Positions 36,878 through 51,379 of a DNA stretch of 64,000 nt are shown here, piece after piece. Positions within the stretch are counted from its first letter, which is position 1; the number at the start of each line of letters is the position of its first letter. Location: NCBI GenBank assembly GCA_973895155.1, contig OZ316893.1, forward strand, positions 22,665,844-22,729,843. The letters run 5' to 3'. Source of the DNA: Marsupella aquatica. Its lineage: Eukaryota > Plantae > Marchantiophyta. A model generated the notes under the pieces. That model saw only the letters and a program-made list of their open reading frames with translations, made no database searches and was not told where the DNA came from. A program made the translations under genes and the position numbers.

Positions 36878-37221
36878 TGTGAGCATAGATGACGATTGCA
36901 ACGGCAAGCCCATGAACCATCCAACGAACAATAACCCACACAGAGAGGTACGTGGTTCACCTCCACATGAAGCTACGTCCACGGGAACACACATGAACTT
37001 TACTGCACTCTAGGCCGACCGACCATACCAAGCATCCACAGCACAAGCTCTCTCTATCTCTCAACTAGCTCCGTAACAATGAGCCTGAGTTCCCACTCTC
37101 CAAGCAAACACCGCTTGATTATAGAGTGTGCACAGCATGACTAACCTAACCAAGTCTGCGACTAAGGTTAGACTTAACTACGGTGCAGTCGTGACTCTAG
37201 ACCTAGGAGTAAATCCTAACA
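36878..37221 (-). mobile_element. Copia-type solo LTR (344 bp)
   Basis: TG...CA termini with TSD CAATG (36873-36877, 37222-37226). The minus strand starts TGTTAGG and contains GTGGACGTAGC...GAGGTGAACCACGTAC, like the copia LTR at 3592/19516. Confidence 0.85.
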
Positions 37222-37292
37222 CAATGAAATAGCACATAGTCAATGACCAATGAAAAGTACAGTCAAGTGTTACGACACAAATGCGCTAAGAT

Positions 37293-37615
37293 AACCAATT
37301 GGCTTAGGTCAATTGGCTAGGGGATTTGCCTGGAACTGAGAGGTCCAGGTTCAATCCCCCATCCACACACTGGGGTGTGGAGGGGGGATGTGTGTGGGTG
37401 GGATGGGTTTTGTGGGTAGTGGATTGGAGTTCTGATTATCTGTTCGGCCCCTGGTTGCCCACTTTGTGACCCTGATGTAATCCTCTCTCCTTCCTGGTGC
37501 GGGTCCCTGTCGGATCCATTGGGGCTCACCCTGGTCTGGGTTCCCTACAGAAAAACTGTCACATTGGGGGGGGGGGGAGTCTAATTGTATTTCCTCCCCA
37601 CTTCCGTTCAAGACA
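37293..37615 (+). mobile_element. tRNA-derived SINE
   Basis: 14-bp TSD AAATGCGCTAAGAT (37279-37292, 37616-37629). A-box-like TAGGTCAATTGG and B-box GGTTCAATCCC near the 5' end. Confidence 0.75.
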
Positions 37616-40518
37616 AAATGCGCTAAGATGTGTGCACTTAATACAATGTGCCTTATTAATGACAATCAATAAACTTGGGGAAGAAAGCCTTATTAAGCAG
37701 CCTTTTTAGTGTAGTGTATGTAGCAAGGAAGGTATGCCAAAATTCAAGCCCAATTCTTACTGGGTTTTTCATTACCTCCTAAAATAGGCCTTGTTGGATG
37801 CTAATCTTTAGATCTTTGATGACCTAGGAATTAATCCTCTAGATGCTGTCAATGTGCCATAGACTAGCTCAAATAGAATTCTAGTAACAAAAGAAACTGT
37901 AAACTTACAATGGACGAATAGTATTCAAGTAACTCATTGGGGTTGCCTACTCTGTTCTGTCAACATGGCCTTACAACATTACAGTAGACCAGCCCAGTAA
38001 CCCCTAAACCTCAACTTGCCCTACATGAGGGGAAGTATCCAAGACCTCCCCCTTTTTCCACATTTCAATCACTGTTCTCCTCTAGCATGCCAATTTGTTA
38101 CACAATTTCAGGAAAAATCTCCTTTTAATGGTAACTATGGGTAACCCATAAGTTTTGAAGGGCAATTGTGGTTTAAAGATGCTCTTAGACTAGTGCTTAC
38201 TAAAGGGTGAATATACGACTGGCATCTATTCAAACTATGCATAAAGCAATCAATTTTCCAGCAAATACACAAGACACTCTTTACTCTAAGTTGACTATAT
38301 GCAATGTACTAATTCACCACCCTGTTTTGCCAGAGTGACTAGAGCACAGACTCCCGCACAGACTATGTCACTAAGTACGAGATGCTATAATTGATTACTG
38401 TGTAAGTGTGAATTGTGGACCCTTCACTTAGAGTTGTTCAAGTCTGAGCCTGAGTGACAGTGGCATGCATCCCTTTGATGTGGGTGGGGCGGACGACCAC
38501 TCTCCAGGGAAAGAGAAGGGAAAGGGGACAAAAAAGTGGTAGGATAAAGGGATTAAAGAAAGGGCAAGGTATGGGGAGCCAAATTGAAACTAAGGACAGA
38601 AAATGTAAAATGTAACAAGAAGGCAAATGGTGGGGGAGAGAAAAAGAGGCAACTGTGTGAAACACGTGCTTGAGGTCGAGGATGGGAGGGGGGAAGAAAA
38701 AAGGAGTTTTGTCTGCAATTTATTACTTTTGCTTGGAAAACCAAAAGCATACCCATCCAACAAATGATAGGTAACCTACTTTGGACCATGCAACTCTCCA
38801 GGGTAGCCACAAGGGGACTATCCCATGGGGACCTTATCCAGGGTTGGGGGACCCAGGAAGGATAGAGGGTTGAGGGTTGGACCTTATCCAGGAACTACGA
38901 ACAGCGGGGGCCAGGACAAACCAGTATTTACACTATTACACTCCACCCAGACATATATATATATCCTCCACACTCCTTGTGTGTAGGGGATTGAGAGGGG
39001 ACCTATATGTTGTAGACTAATCCCCTGGCCAGCTGACCTTGGTTGACTCTCCCTACCTATTTGTGCCCCTACTTTTGTATAACTTCCTGATTATTTGACT
39101 AGATAGATTTTTTGCCTTAATGGTGCTTAGACTCTCTTAGACCTCCGCACCAGCTTATTTTTTAAGGTTCTACTTTTTAGCCAGAGTGGCAATGGACAGT
39201 GTGTGCAGGAGAAGATGCTGAAAATAATGAATCCTTATCTGATCAATTTTCTGATGGTCAGATCTCCCTAGATTTAAGGGTGACTGTTAGATTCTGGCTA
39301 ATGGGGCCTTTGGTTAGGTGGAACACTTGCTAATGAGACAAAGAAATACTAGCAAATTTTTGCCAAAAGTGGCCAAAGCTGTTTGGGGTGGTGGAATTTG
39401 ACAAAATAATTCCCCTAAACAAATCTCTGCTCAACATCTTTTGTCCCCTACTTCCATCCCCTAGTACTTTTACTTAGGAAAACGCTTCCATATGCAGATA
39501 AGGTCCTAACCACAACAAGCCTACAAAGTTAACATGGTAGCAAAGCTAACTCAAGACAATTGGGCTATTACCACTATCATGGGGTCTCAAATTTTCAAGC
39601 ACAACTGAACCCGGGGGTGTTGCCGGCCCAGGCAACAGAAAGAATTTCTCGGCCACTGAATATGAGCCCCCACCAGTCACGCCGGGAATTGTAAGAGATT
39701 TCGATTTTTGGAGTTATATTAACCTTGGTTTCCTGCTTACTACATTGGAAAACCCAAGATTTCTCCATGCACAACTGGAACTAGTCTGATGGACTAAAAC
39801 TATGAACTTACACTGAAACTTGAATTTTGCAGCCAGGGCAGATGAGAGAATCAAATGATCGATCACAGGCTCACAGGGAAATATAAATACAGGATTTATT
39901 TCGTCGAGACGCAGGTACATGCAAAATCTTATCAGCTCCATCAAACCACATCTCTGTCGGGAAAGGGAAAGTGCTAACCGAACCTTACGAGCGCTTCAAG
40001 GAGGTTGGTTCCACATCCAACATTCCACGGTCATATCTACTGTAGCTGCCAAGGAACTTTAGATGGATCTAGGACCAACCTCCAGAAACACAATACATAC
40101 TCTAAATAAATTCTCACCAAAAACCAACCCTTCACATTAGACTATATATTACGACCAAGTCTGGAGCTTTATTAACGCTTAAGACCAGTATCATTATCTA
40201 CAATATGATGTAAAACAGGGTCTTCTACGAAATTTATCGAAGGTGGATCTGGTATGGTGAAGTTGTTGACGGCACTGGAATCGAGCGACATTCCCCAATC
40301 GGCCGGCCTGGTCGGCCATTAATTTGCCATCCGAAAACTCTGCTGCCACTGACGATACTGAAGAACTAGTAGTGTCGCCGATGTCGTTTCGTGTACAAAA
40401 ATGGTGGTAGAGTCCTTAAACGCCAGGCAGATCGAGCCAAAGCGTTTATTGATATCTTACGAAAACTCGTCCTGGTGGATCATTGGTGAAGAAGGAAGTT
40501 GTAGGTAGGAAGAGTTAA

Positions 40519-43130
40519 TCAGGTGAATGAACGACAGTTCGTCCTGATGTTTCCTTGTCCCTTCGTCTTCACTCCAATTCTCCCCATCTTGACAAAGGCC
40601 GCTCCAAAATTTTGCAGGAAGTTACGATTATTTCCCGCATATCCGTTGACAACCGCCTTGGTGGCGCGGTTGTTCAGCAGCGCAGCATCGGATACGAATA
40701 GCCCTTGGTTGGCTATCACATTTCTGTAGTACGAATTGTCAAACACAGTAGACGTCGAGGGATCCATAACTACAGTCTTCGAGCTGGAAACTCCGACTGG
40801 GCACTGCTGCTGTAAAATTTTAGCAGACGAGGCGCTCAAGCTTGGGTCTACTTGGAAGGTTTTACTGAAGTTCCGTAGACGACCCGAAAAAGCTGAGCAA
40901 TGGGCCTGTCCAACAGTGTGGGCTCCTGTAAATCATAGACACAAACGTTCAACCAAGTCTTAGAGAAAAACTTCATACCCCAATTTGTCCATTGTCCCAA
41001 CAATTTAGGCTTTGCTGAACTTCTTGAAAACCTTGAGTCGTGTAGTACTCTGAATGCTGTACTATTTTGCTCTACAATCATGCTCTACATTGGGCCTTGG
41101 GACCCACATGCAGTGTCAAGTTATTGAATACCAGGAATAGAGAGCTCATACATGATTTGACATAACGCTGCTTTGAGGCACTCTTGAACAGGAAAGAATA
41201 ACATGACGGGAGGTCTTGGGGAGCAGTAGTGGGCACGGCAGGACCTAGAAACGATACTAATGACGTCGTTTTGTAATTTCCAGTCTACAGTTAGATTCAG
41301 AACTTCTCCAATCTCTATATATAGCATATGCTTGATGGAACCCCTGGATGAAAAAGATGCCTGGAAGCCATATATATAGTAGATTGTCTAAGGCACGCTC
41401 TGAGACTGACTTTCCCCCGGTACAGTGTGTGTGACAGGACAACTAGTAGTCCATAATCACCATCAAGCTAGTTCGCTCACGGTAGTGGAGAGCAAAGACT
41501 ATTCAAATGCTTTGAGAAATTTCGCAACACGTCCAGCACAGAATTGACATCAATTCGTACGTGGGCAGGCAAGTTTTTACGTACCAGACAGTGTGACCAT
41601 ATCGTTCACGGAGAGCCCTCTGCCGGCGAAGATGTTTATGAGGGTGGACACAGAAGAGAATGAAGAGGGAAGTTGGCTGGCAGCTTCATTGCTATTTGAA
41701 ATCAGCCCATCAAATCGGCCACCTTGCATATCTACAGTCGGTCCTCCTAGCTGCGTGCAGACGCACAATTCCATGAATAGCTTAGTACTCGTTAGATATT
41801 ATGTCGATCTGAAAAATCGTTGAGGGACAATCCTTCACGTATCGACAGTGCAATTCCAAGATATATGAGTGTGACGTCGTTTTCTTTAATTGAAACAACG
41901 TGCATAGATGCCAAGATGCAGGAGTAGAATCGCCAACGATCATTCAACTCTTTACACGACCACAAGCAGGATCGCGGAAGTGATCGACGAGGAGTGTATT
42001 TGTGGTCGACTGGCTTGCTATCGTCGTTAGAGTTATCATCTTGAGCTCGGACGGTCAGTGCAGCTAATTCCTCGCCCTCGTACCAAGATCAACAAAAAAG
42101 ACCATCTCGACGACTATTTAACAAATTCTCAGTTTTGGGAGTTCAATCGTTGGACAGAAAGGACCGATCATGCTAGAGGTCATGTGTACTTATCAAATGT
42201 ATCCCAGTGATCAAGACAACCCACCGTGGACAGGCTTGTGGCTGCAGTGAATGCAACGATGTCAGCGCACGAAACTGTCTTCGGACAGAGCTTCTCCACT
42301 GCTGCCTTAATTTGATCGATGATGTTTAAATCATGAAGACTCTGATTGGGTCCAGCGTCCTTCTCTGCATTCTTAGAGGGCTTGTCGATCAAAATCGACG
42401 CGTCACAACCCTGCACTCAGGAATTGGCAAATTTCAAACTCAGAATGGCTCACTTTTAGACCCGTTCAAACCATGACCATTCCCTGTGTGGGTCACGTAA
42501 CCCAGATAAGTAAGAGCATCCCATCTCCGACACAATTTCTTCCTTGAGCATTTAGAGTCTTTACTTCAGAGATGTACGACCAAGTTCTACACATCTCCGG
42601 ATATCAACCTCAGATTTGGCATTCATATGGCTACTGACGCCGACGCAATCTATCAACGTAAGCGAAAGGTGACATCGAAATGGCACACATTTCTCGTGAA
42701 TTCCCTGTGGATTCCGGCTCAGTATTACCACTCACTTATGGCTAGCTGACCAGAACCTTCAAATGAATGTTGGCCCTCCTTCCAAATTAAATTTAAAATC
42801 ATGGACATGAATCACTACCACCACTAGGTTCCTCACATGATGGATTGTGTGCGCTCATTAATTGGATGTGCATAGAAATTCTCGTGTAAGGTGCAGCTAA
42901 CTGGAGGTACAGGGACTGACCCGAACAAAGCAGTCATGGAAGAGAAGTCGAATGAACCCTGCGCCTGCACGTGGGTTTTTTCTGACGGCGTTCCGCACTA
43001 TGGTTGCAATCGTCGATTCTGCCTTAGGACAGCTCTTTCCGTAGAAATTCGACTGAAGGGATTCCACATGACATACGCTCGAAATTGCAAGAAGAAGAGT
43101 CAATGCGGAAACTACACTCAAGCTCGTCAT
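40519..43130 (-). CDS. Class III secretory peroxidase, copy 1 (~322 aa). Exons 43130-42921, 42410-42225, 41750-41585, 40925-40519.
   Basis: Signal peptide; motifs FYGKSCP, IRLLFHDCFVRGCDASIL, VSCADI, GRFDG, DMVTLSGAHTVG, FDNSYY, SDAAL, FVKMGRI and IRTNC. Canonical 4-exon structure, frame intact. Confidence 0.96.
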
Positions 43131-46100
43131 TGGTAGGTAGACCCAGCCACCACTCTCTATGAACTGTGAACGTACGTGTTGCTCAGGTCCTTCCCAGGTG
43201 CACTGGAATCAAATTCACGTCAGTGATCGCCTGAACAGCCTGCACGTAAAGTTGCCAGAAATGCAGAAACTGCAGACGTACGTCGACCTTTCCAATTGAA
43301 TTCGGAAATCAGAACTTCAGCATCTCGCTCAGTTTGGAAGGGCAAGAGACGACTGGTGTTCCAGCACAAGTTTGTACAATCATACAGTACCAAAGCACAA
43401 GTTATAAAGAACACAATCAAAGTACCGGGCAAGGAGGCTCTACAGTCCTACAGTCGCTATGGCAGTCTTCTGGCGTCTCGAAAATGTCTGTCACCAGCTT
43501 TCAAAATTTGGAGCCATTGCAGGAGGGTTCCGCGGACCGCAGCTCACGGTCCCCGGAAACGCTTAATTTCTCTTCTACTACTGCTGAAGCCTGGAGGGAT
43601 TCAAGGTGCATGCGAAAGCTGGCAGTAGCAGTAAACAAAGAATCTTCGTCCGCCAATTCGGGAGTGCTGCCAACTTACTATTACTGTTCTACTACTGAAG
43701 TGTCCAAGTGAGTGAGGTCCACTCGGATATCTCCTGCGAATGCTTGGGCAGGGAGTGTGTAGCATAACAAGGGAGACAAATGTCTCAATGTCAGCGCTCG
43801 CCAATTAGTTCAGACTGGCAGGCTGTATGAATGGATTTCTGACTGCCCTGCCCTGTAGAAGCAAATCTGTCAGTAGTGCTAAAAGGTTCGAACTTAAATT
43901 CGAGCCTCAACGGCTGGCATTATATAGAAGTACCATAGCTCGTTAAGCCAGTCTCAGAGTCAGGAGTACGTCCGGAAGGAAAGGATGCTTGAAGACCAGG
44001 CAGGGCAAGGCCGGGCAGGGCAGGGCCGGCTATGGAAAAGCGGACGATTTTACTGTAGCGAACGTGGGAAAGAATGACAGCCTGTAGGCTGGAGAGCACC
44101 ACCAAGAGTATCTGGAGTTGCTTGCTAAGGGATCGCCTTTGGGCGAAGTCTCATCCACAATTGTCCCATCCCTTCGAATCCGGTCCTGTCTAGCTGATCC
44201 ACTTTCCCATCTTTTCGCATTGCTTTTGTGGAGTGGACCTTACTTTGTGAGTGGGGCCCTCGCTTTTCAACAGGAGGGAAATCAAATGGACAACTCGCTG
44301 CTCCTTTCGTCCACCAATGTTTTACTATTGTCGATGACTCCAAAAACTTATTAATACTGTTTCCAAAGACTGAGCATTGACAATTGACAACAGCTATCTC
44401 CATTCAGTTGATTGAATTATCAGAGCGCCTAAGCGATGCTCTTTACTTCTTTCAAAGCTTCGCCAGTGCTCTCGTGGTGTCCATGCAAAGGTGGGTATCT
44501 ATCTGTCCTTCCTACATATCCGGCTCACGCGTAGTAACCTGTCACAAAGCGGCTCGGTTCTTGCAAAGACCACCGCATACTTCAAAAGTTATAGTCTACG
44601 ATCCAGATCCCAATTTAAAACCTCACACGACACTCGGTTTGGGTCACTTTTTGACAGGAACGCGGTAACGCTCAAACTTCAAAATAGATACTGTTGCTCA
44701 GATTGGAAACGTCTGAGAATAGATTTATGTTACAGTACAAATATATCATTAATTGTTGGGGCTGTCAAAGAATTAGATTTGCTGGGTTCCAATAGGAGCC
44801 TAAAAATAGTGGACCATTCACCTATGAAGTATGTCAAGGCCCTAGGTTGTAGCCTCTTCTCCAGCATTAGGTTTAAGCATTGGTTTGATTGCACGGTTGA
44901 GTGCGAATGCCATGTGCACGGTTGAGCGCGAATGCCATGTGCACGTGATGAGAACGGAAAAAATGAATCACTTAATTATGTTGAGAACAAGGTTTGAAGT
45001 TCTACAATGCTTTACAGCAAATGTTTTCGCAACAGTAATTTCCATGCGATGCTCGGACCTTGAGTCAATCTCTCCCTTCAGACAAGCAAATCAAAGTTTT
45101 CCGTGAGCTCCAATCATCCTGTACTGCCTGGCTGGGTAATATTGATGCCAACAGATGTTTTGCGAAAAGCCCAAGGCAAGTAAAGCTTTCCCTTGTATTC
45201 TATATATAGTAAAGTTGTGGGATATAATAACGAGAGTTGCACGGGGTACATTGCGCTGAAACGAGAGGGGCAATCATTGCCCTTAATGACCTGGGAACAT
45301 GGTTGTGTACTTTAGCTTAGGGTGCGTCTCAATGGGTCAAGAAATATCAATTCCAGTTAGCCCAAACCGAATACAACGACCAAGATCTGTTGCTATAATC
45401 TGTAACTTGACACCCCAATAGATCTCGGCAGATAGCGAGGATCAGGAAATTTGACACCTACTGCAGGTACCAATTGACTGGGCATTGAGCCATTTCTACA
45501 GCCTTCAGAAAGCCATTGAATTTTAGAGTTCGACCCTATAGTTCATTCCTGGAGAAGTCGTTTCGATGGACTCATCAGATCTGAAACTTGACACCCAGGT
45601 ACCCATTGACTAGGCATTGGGCCATTTTTTAGGGCGTGCTGGAAACCATCCAGAGATCGATCACCCCTTACCTGCATGACCAACCATAGCTAGTTACAAA
45701 TCCGGTCACAGAGTCTCCAAGATGGCCAGAGATGTCTCGATCAGGAAGAAATTGTCTTTCCACTTTAGCAATCGTCTGTCTGAGTTACTGTAGAACTGTG
45801 TGCATGGCAGACAGGTGAATCTGCATATGGGCTTGCACCGCTCAGAGCAGTGCCGATTGACCTTCGTGGATCCTGCCCATCTGCCTGGCTTTGCCTTTCG
45901 TGCTTGGAACTTGGGAGCTTGGAATTACACGAGCAATCATGAGAATTAAACCTTTCAATACACCACGTACAGTACTAGGAAATAATTGCTTGTGAAGCTC
46001 CTTCTCTTAGCTTGCCATGCCTGTAGGAACCCACTAATAGGGTCTGAATAGCTCTTCTGGAGATTCTGACCATCGACAATTGCGCCGCTCCCGTCAATCT

Positions 46101-46728
46101 CTCCTTGTGTAATTGTGGCCCAGATAGTGTCCCATGACATTATTATTGTTCGTAACCTGACAGAAAGGCACCAGGAAGCCTACAGATTCCGCTCTTACGT
46201 CGGCAGCCATAAATGGCCACGTTCGTTTCTCTTCTTCTTGTCAGAGTCGGTCTTTCACGGAATCACGGTCATAGTTGAAGACAAATCATATGCTTGCTTG
46301 GCAACTTCGGACTGCATATCCTTACAGTACCGATGATTGAAAGAACGAAGATCCGATGATCATCGTTCAGTATTTGCCGTGGTTTTTCCTGAAGGACAAA
46401 CCAAAACATTTTACCACGCAACTCTATATATGAGAGTGATGCTCCCATGATTGGACCTCACCAGAGACCCAGGGAAACCCCATGGACCATCACACCTTTT
46501 TCACACACTTTCAACTCATTGACACCCCCATGGACAGTGACACCATCTACCACCATCACTCATTGACACCTTTCTGGCTTCCAATATGGTTTCAAAAATG
46601 TTTTCAAGAGCCATGTGCCATGTTGGACCTTCCATATTTCCTTCTTCCGTCCATCAAAATTGGTTGTTCTGAGCTGTGCAAGTTAAATGTGGCTTGGAAG
46701 GATATTTCAAACAAGTCTAATATCTCTA

Positions 46729-47113
46729 CAGTGTTCACCATAATTAGTGTTATGCAAGAATTAGTGTTAGTGCAAAATTAGTGTTATCACTAACACTAAT
46801 TTTGGTAAAAATGATTTTGAGTCCAAATAACACTAATTTTTGTCTGTTTTCAAAATGAATTTTTTTCAGTTTAGTTTAAATTGCTTGTAAAAAACGGATG
46901 ATCTCTAGTCCAAAGTAACACTAATTGTTGTGGATTTTTTTAAATAGTTTTTTTCTTTGTATTTTGCCACTTTTAAGACCATAGTAACACTAATTCATGT
47001 GCGCGAAAATAGTGTTAGCACAAAATTAGTGTGACTAACACTAATTCGCGAGTAGACCCTGAAAATGGGCGTTCTCGAATTAGTGTTACTCACACTAATT
47101 ACGGTGAACAGTG
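46729..47113. mobile_element. Tc1/mariner-type MITE
   Basis: 21-bp TIRs CAGTGTTCACCATAATTAGTG / CACTAATTACGGTGAACAGTG (2 mismatches), TA on both sides, internal AACACTAATT repeats. Confidence 0.85.
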
Positions 47114-50100
47114 TAGTTTTCATGAGAGATGGAGAGCATGAGAAATCGATGGAGAGAGTGATGGATTTCTAAAGATAAGGCAATCTTCATTGTCCTTCCA
47201 AAAGCTTTAATTTAAGCAGCGAACTTTGACAGTGTAGTGTCTCACTCTATATCAAATGGAAACTTAATATTATATTGGGTTAGTTTGGGTGACTGTGGAA
47301 CTCTTGTACAATTATAGGCAGAGGTTTACATTTTTCTATGGACAAAAGAGTTGGTTATACAAAATGACTAAAATTCAACAAAAAAAACCTAGGTTTTCTG
47401 CTTTAAAAATTTTCAAGTCATATAAAAGATTTGGTTTTTCTTCTTTTTCCACATAAAATTAAAGTATATTCCTAAACATGCTGTAATTTTTATTAAAAAA
47501 ATTATAATTTTAATTAAAATCCTAAAAAACTGGGCAGGCTAGTTTGGCGTCTAAAAGCCATGTAATTTGGTTTTGATCAAATTTTTTACATCAAAACATG
47601 TTAGGTTAATTTTTTTGAGTTACATTTTTTACTCGTTTTATTCCTTGTATTGCTACTAGTCACGTTATTTACAAGTACTGGTATTGTAATAGTACCAAAA
47701 TCTATGGTATTAAACAACGTGCATAGCTATTCTATTTAAACATTCCCCATTCCAAAACTTCTTTTTTTCTTTTCTTAATTCCAAAAACCTTTTAGTACCA
47801 TTAATACATCTACTTAGACATTTTGAAACTGGCTATATGATGAATCCACCTTTCATATTTTGTCTTATTCAGAGTTTTGGTGTCATATATTTTTATTTTA
47901 ATGTGTCTTATCAAGGGGCAGCCTGTGTATAATATACATTTTAATTTATGGACCCCTTTAATTTTAGTATTCTAGAGTATTTTGAACTTATTTTGGCAGC
48001 CCCCTTGTAAATTTTAATGTTTGTGATTTATCAAAGATAAACTAAAGGCTCCACCACCGAAAGTATTCTCATGAGTGAGAGAAATGGTTCTGATTGTGTC
48101 TTAAGTTCCCCTTATGTTTTTCTTTCCTAAGTTTATGGTTTTATTGAAATGAGTGTCATTCATGAGGACATTGAATTAAGTGCAGACATCGTAGCTCCTT
48201 GATTGTACTTTTCATTGGTCACTGTGCACTAATCCTTCTAGTTATGTTTTCATGTTTTATTTACTTTCAAATCACTACAAGACAAAAATTCAAGCATGTT
48301 CCAGGATGAGCATGGATTGCTATAAGTACCATACATCTACTTAGACAATACCTAGAAAATCCATGGGAGCATTTTGACAAACCTAAAGGTCTCCCATGGA
48401 TTTTTGCAATTCAGATGGACATGCAGCATTGTACTCACAATGTGACAGTGAATATTCCCAATTAGTCCATCCCAATTGTATGGTTTTTGTCTATGGTCCA
48501 TGGGTGCATCATTTCAGTAAATGGGAGATATATTGTCACATTTTGACATACAATCATAAGGAGTCACATCATTTATGTTGTGGACAATGAATTCTTATGC
48601 AACCCCCCCCCCCCCCCGCGGCCCTCTTCGCCTTTACTTAGGGACTGTGGTCTCGGGGCCCTCACTCTAAGGGGGGTCTCATAACACGCTCGACATTTTT
48701 GTTGTTCTCAAAATTTAAGGTTTGGGGGTAGAGGCAAATTGTTTTTGGTGGTCGTTCAGACTCCCCCATTGCTTCTCCTTAATTGACCCCATTCCAATTT
48801 TATGCAACTATCTTTGTCTCCCATTTCACATTTTTGGCATTACCCAACATATTCCTGATTTTTCCTGCCCACAAGCTTGACCAACTCATCCCACATTCTC
48901 ATGCCCACATAATTGACAACAGTTTGCACCCAGACTTCAAGTTTTCTTTTCTCAGGAGGGGAGGCATGGGAGTTCTTAAGAACAGAGGACAAAGGAGGAT
49001 GGAAAAATAATGTAGGAATCGAAGGGGTGTGAAAAGCCAATTTTGCTGTACGTAGACAGTACCCATTCAATATCTGACTTAGTTTGCGTTCACATCAAAA
49101 TTAGTTTTGCTCAAGCTCTTGCTGCAAGTCATCCCTTACCTCTTCTCTCAACTATCCCTATTCGGGACACTGCCTTGGCACAGAGACTGTATCATTTTGG
49201 AGAGTTTGTCACTCTGAATACAACGTTGTTTGGTGTAGTTTGTTGCAATCCAAGGTGAAAGTTGATTGTTGAATGATGCGGATATATGATGGCAAGTTGA
49301 GAGCTCAAGGGTCCAAGGGGCAAATGGGTTACTTGTGAGAGGGCTACTTTGGGGCCAAACGACTTGGGAGAGGGCTACTTGAGTTTGCCCCCAAAGTAGC
49401 CCTCCCTTGCCATAACTCAAGTTGGAATGGGGCCAAAAGTAAGAAATTTGGGAGGTAGAATCATGCCGCTGCACCTATTTTGCCCCCACCCCAAATTAAA
49501 CGATGGAAAAAGCAAAATACACCCCACCTCCAAGAAAATGGTGGGATGGCAGCCATGAAAGTTGCCCCCCAACACCCACACACATTCAAAAACACAGAAA
49601 GTCAAAACCGTTTCATGCTTCCTTGGTAGAAGGTAAAGTAGAATCTATGTCGAGGGGTACCAGAAAGTACCTATATATATTAACATATAGTACGACGTAC
49701 CTCTATGTACGTATAGTACAAAGTACCTCTATGTACATATAGTAGAGCCAGCACATATACCTGTACCCTAGAGTCCAATAGATCCCCCAGTAGATCTCCT
49801 TGGACACCCCATTTCAATCAATCCAAGAATATTAATAAACAACGGAAAACATATGAGGGTTTAGTCTTGTTCTTCTTTTTGAAAATTTTAAACATAAGAT
49901 AGGATATATTTCTGGCGGATCCTTATTACTAAAGAAGATATACAGTCTTACATACCAAGTGCTTATTTTATTGGTTCTAAGGATATCCCCAGCAATTCTG
50001 TTGTACTTGTGGCTGTGCAAGTCAATTTGGTTGTGCGCGCAACTCCTCTTTTTATAAGGCAAGTTTTTATTTATTTAATAATGGCATTATATGCAATTGA

Positions 50101-50780
50101 CCATATTAGGTTTCATTTTAGTCTACCAAACTCTTGTGTCTCTCAACTCAATGAACCCAAAACTGTAACTTAAGAGAAAAACTGAACATAATTTGATGTG
50201 AAAAAACTTCAGTTGATAAAAACCAAATTCTATGGGTTTTTTAAGACAAGGGTCTACAACCAAATTCAACAGCATTTTAGGATGTTAATAAAATTTACAG
50301 CAAGCTTAGGGAATGTTTTTAATCTTGTGTGGAAAGAGAAGAAAGCCAAACTTCATTTACCACCCAAAACACATTTAAAGTGGAAAACCCAAGTTTTGTC
50401 AAACTCTACTTTTATTATACTAGTCAATTTTTGAGTCCATCTAAAAATTACCCAGACAGGGTTGTCTTTGAGGATGCTATATCATTGAGGCTGTCAGTGT
50501 GTTTATTCAGGAAAATTAATTGTTGCTATTCGAACTGTGGCATGGATGTAGTCATGTTGTGGTTGTGGAAGTATTATTTTGGTTGGGTGCATGATGGTTG
50601 TTGGGGCCACATTAATGTTCACTTGTCATTTTGATCAATTTGGTTGTTGTAAAAATGATGTTGTTTGGGAGGGCAAGGGGATACCAGGGAAGTGCCATTG
50701 TGTGTGAGACGGGCAATGGCAGCCCCAACGGTGTCTGGGGAGTCCAAGCAGGGTCTTCCACCATCTTTTCCCCTCCCATT

Positions 50781-50783
<3 letters not shown>

Positions 50784-50817
<34 letters not shown>
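50784..50817. repeat. (CT)n microsatellite
   Basis: Uninterrupted ctctct run. Confidence 0.95.
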
Positions 50818-50819
<2 letters not shown>

Positions 50820-51050
50820 CATGAGGGAGGTGGTGGGTGAAGGCAAGGTGCAAGGGAAGGCAGATAATAGGGAGAGAATGAGGTGGGGATCTATTACTCT
50901 GCTGTCTAATTCTTTTTGCGGACAGCATCCAGGGAATGAGTAACCTTACTGCTACTTGAACTGCTGAAGGACCTTGGATATGGGACTGGATCTGTAGCTC
51001 TACAGTAGATGCCGGTCTAGATGACTCTACCACCGAGTCTACCACCAGCA

Positions 51051-51280
51051 GTACCGGTTACAAGATGGGGATGACATTGCTCTGCTTGGAAATCAAATAA
51101 AACTAGGTACCTGTTACACGATGGGGATTACTTTGCTCTGCTTGGACATAAATCAAAACTGAGGTACCGGTTACAAGATGGGGATTACATTGCTCTTCTT
51201 GGAACTAAATCAAAACTGAGGTACCGGTTACAAGATGGGGATTACAGTGCTATGCTTGGAAATCAAATAAAATTGAGGTC
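51051..51280. repeat. ~58-bp tandem repeat, 4 copies
   Basis: Unit gtaccggttacaagatggggattacattgctctgcttggaaatcaaataaaactgag. Confidence 0.9.
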
Positions 51281-51379
51281 CCGTTTGGCTGAGCAGAAAT
51301 ACCACGTTCGTTCACGTTCGGCCTTCAGCTTGTCGCTTGTTCATATCAGTGTCTTCCTTCTCGAAAGCCGCTGGATGCA

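Noticed and set aside
50619-51045. ORFs containing poly-ER or poly-LS
   Set aside because: They derive from the (CT)n microsatellite.
51051-51280. Regular repeats resembling a CRISPR array
   Set aside because: The whole ~58-bp unit repeats with no unique spacers, there are no cas genes, and the context is eukaryotic.
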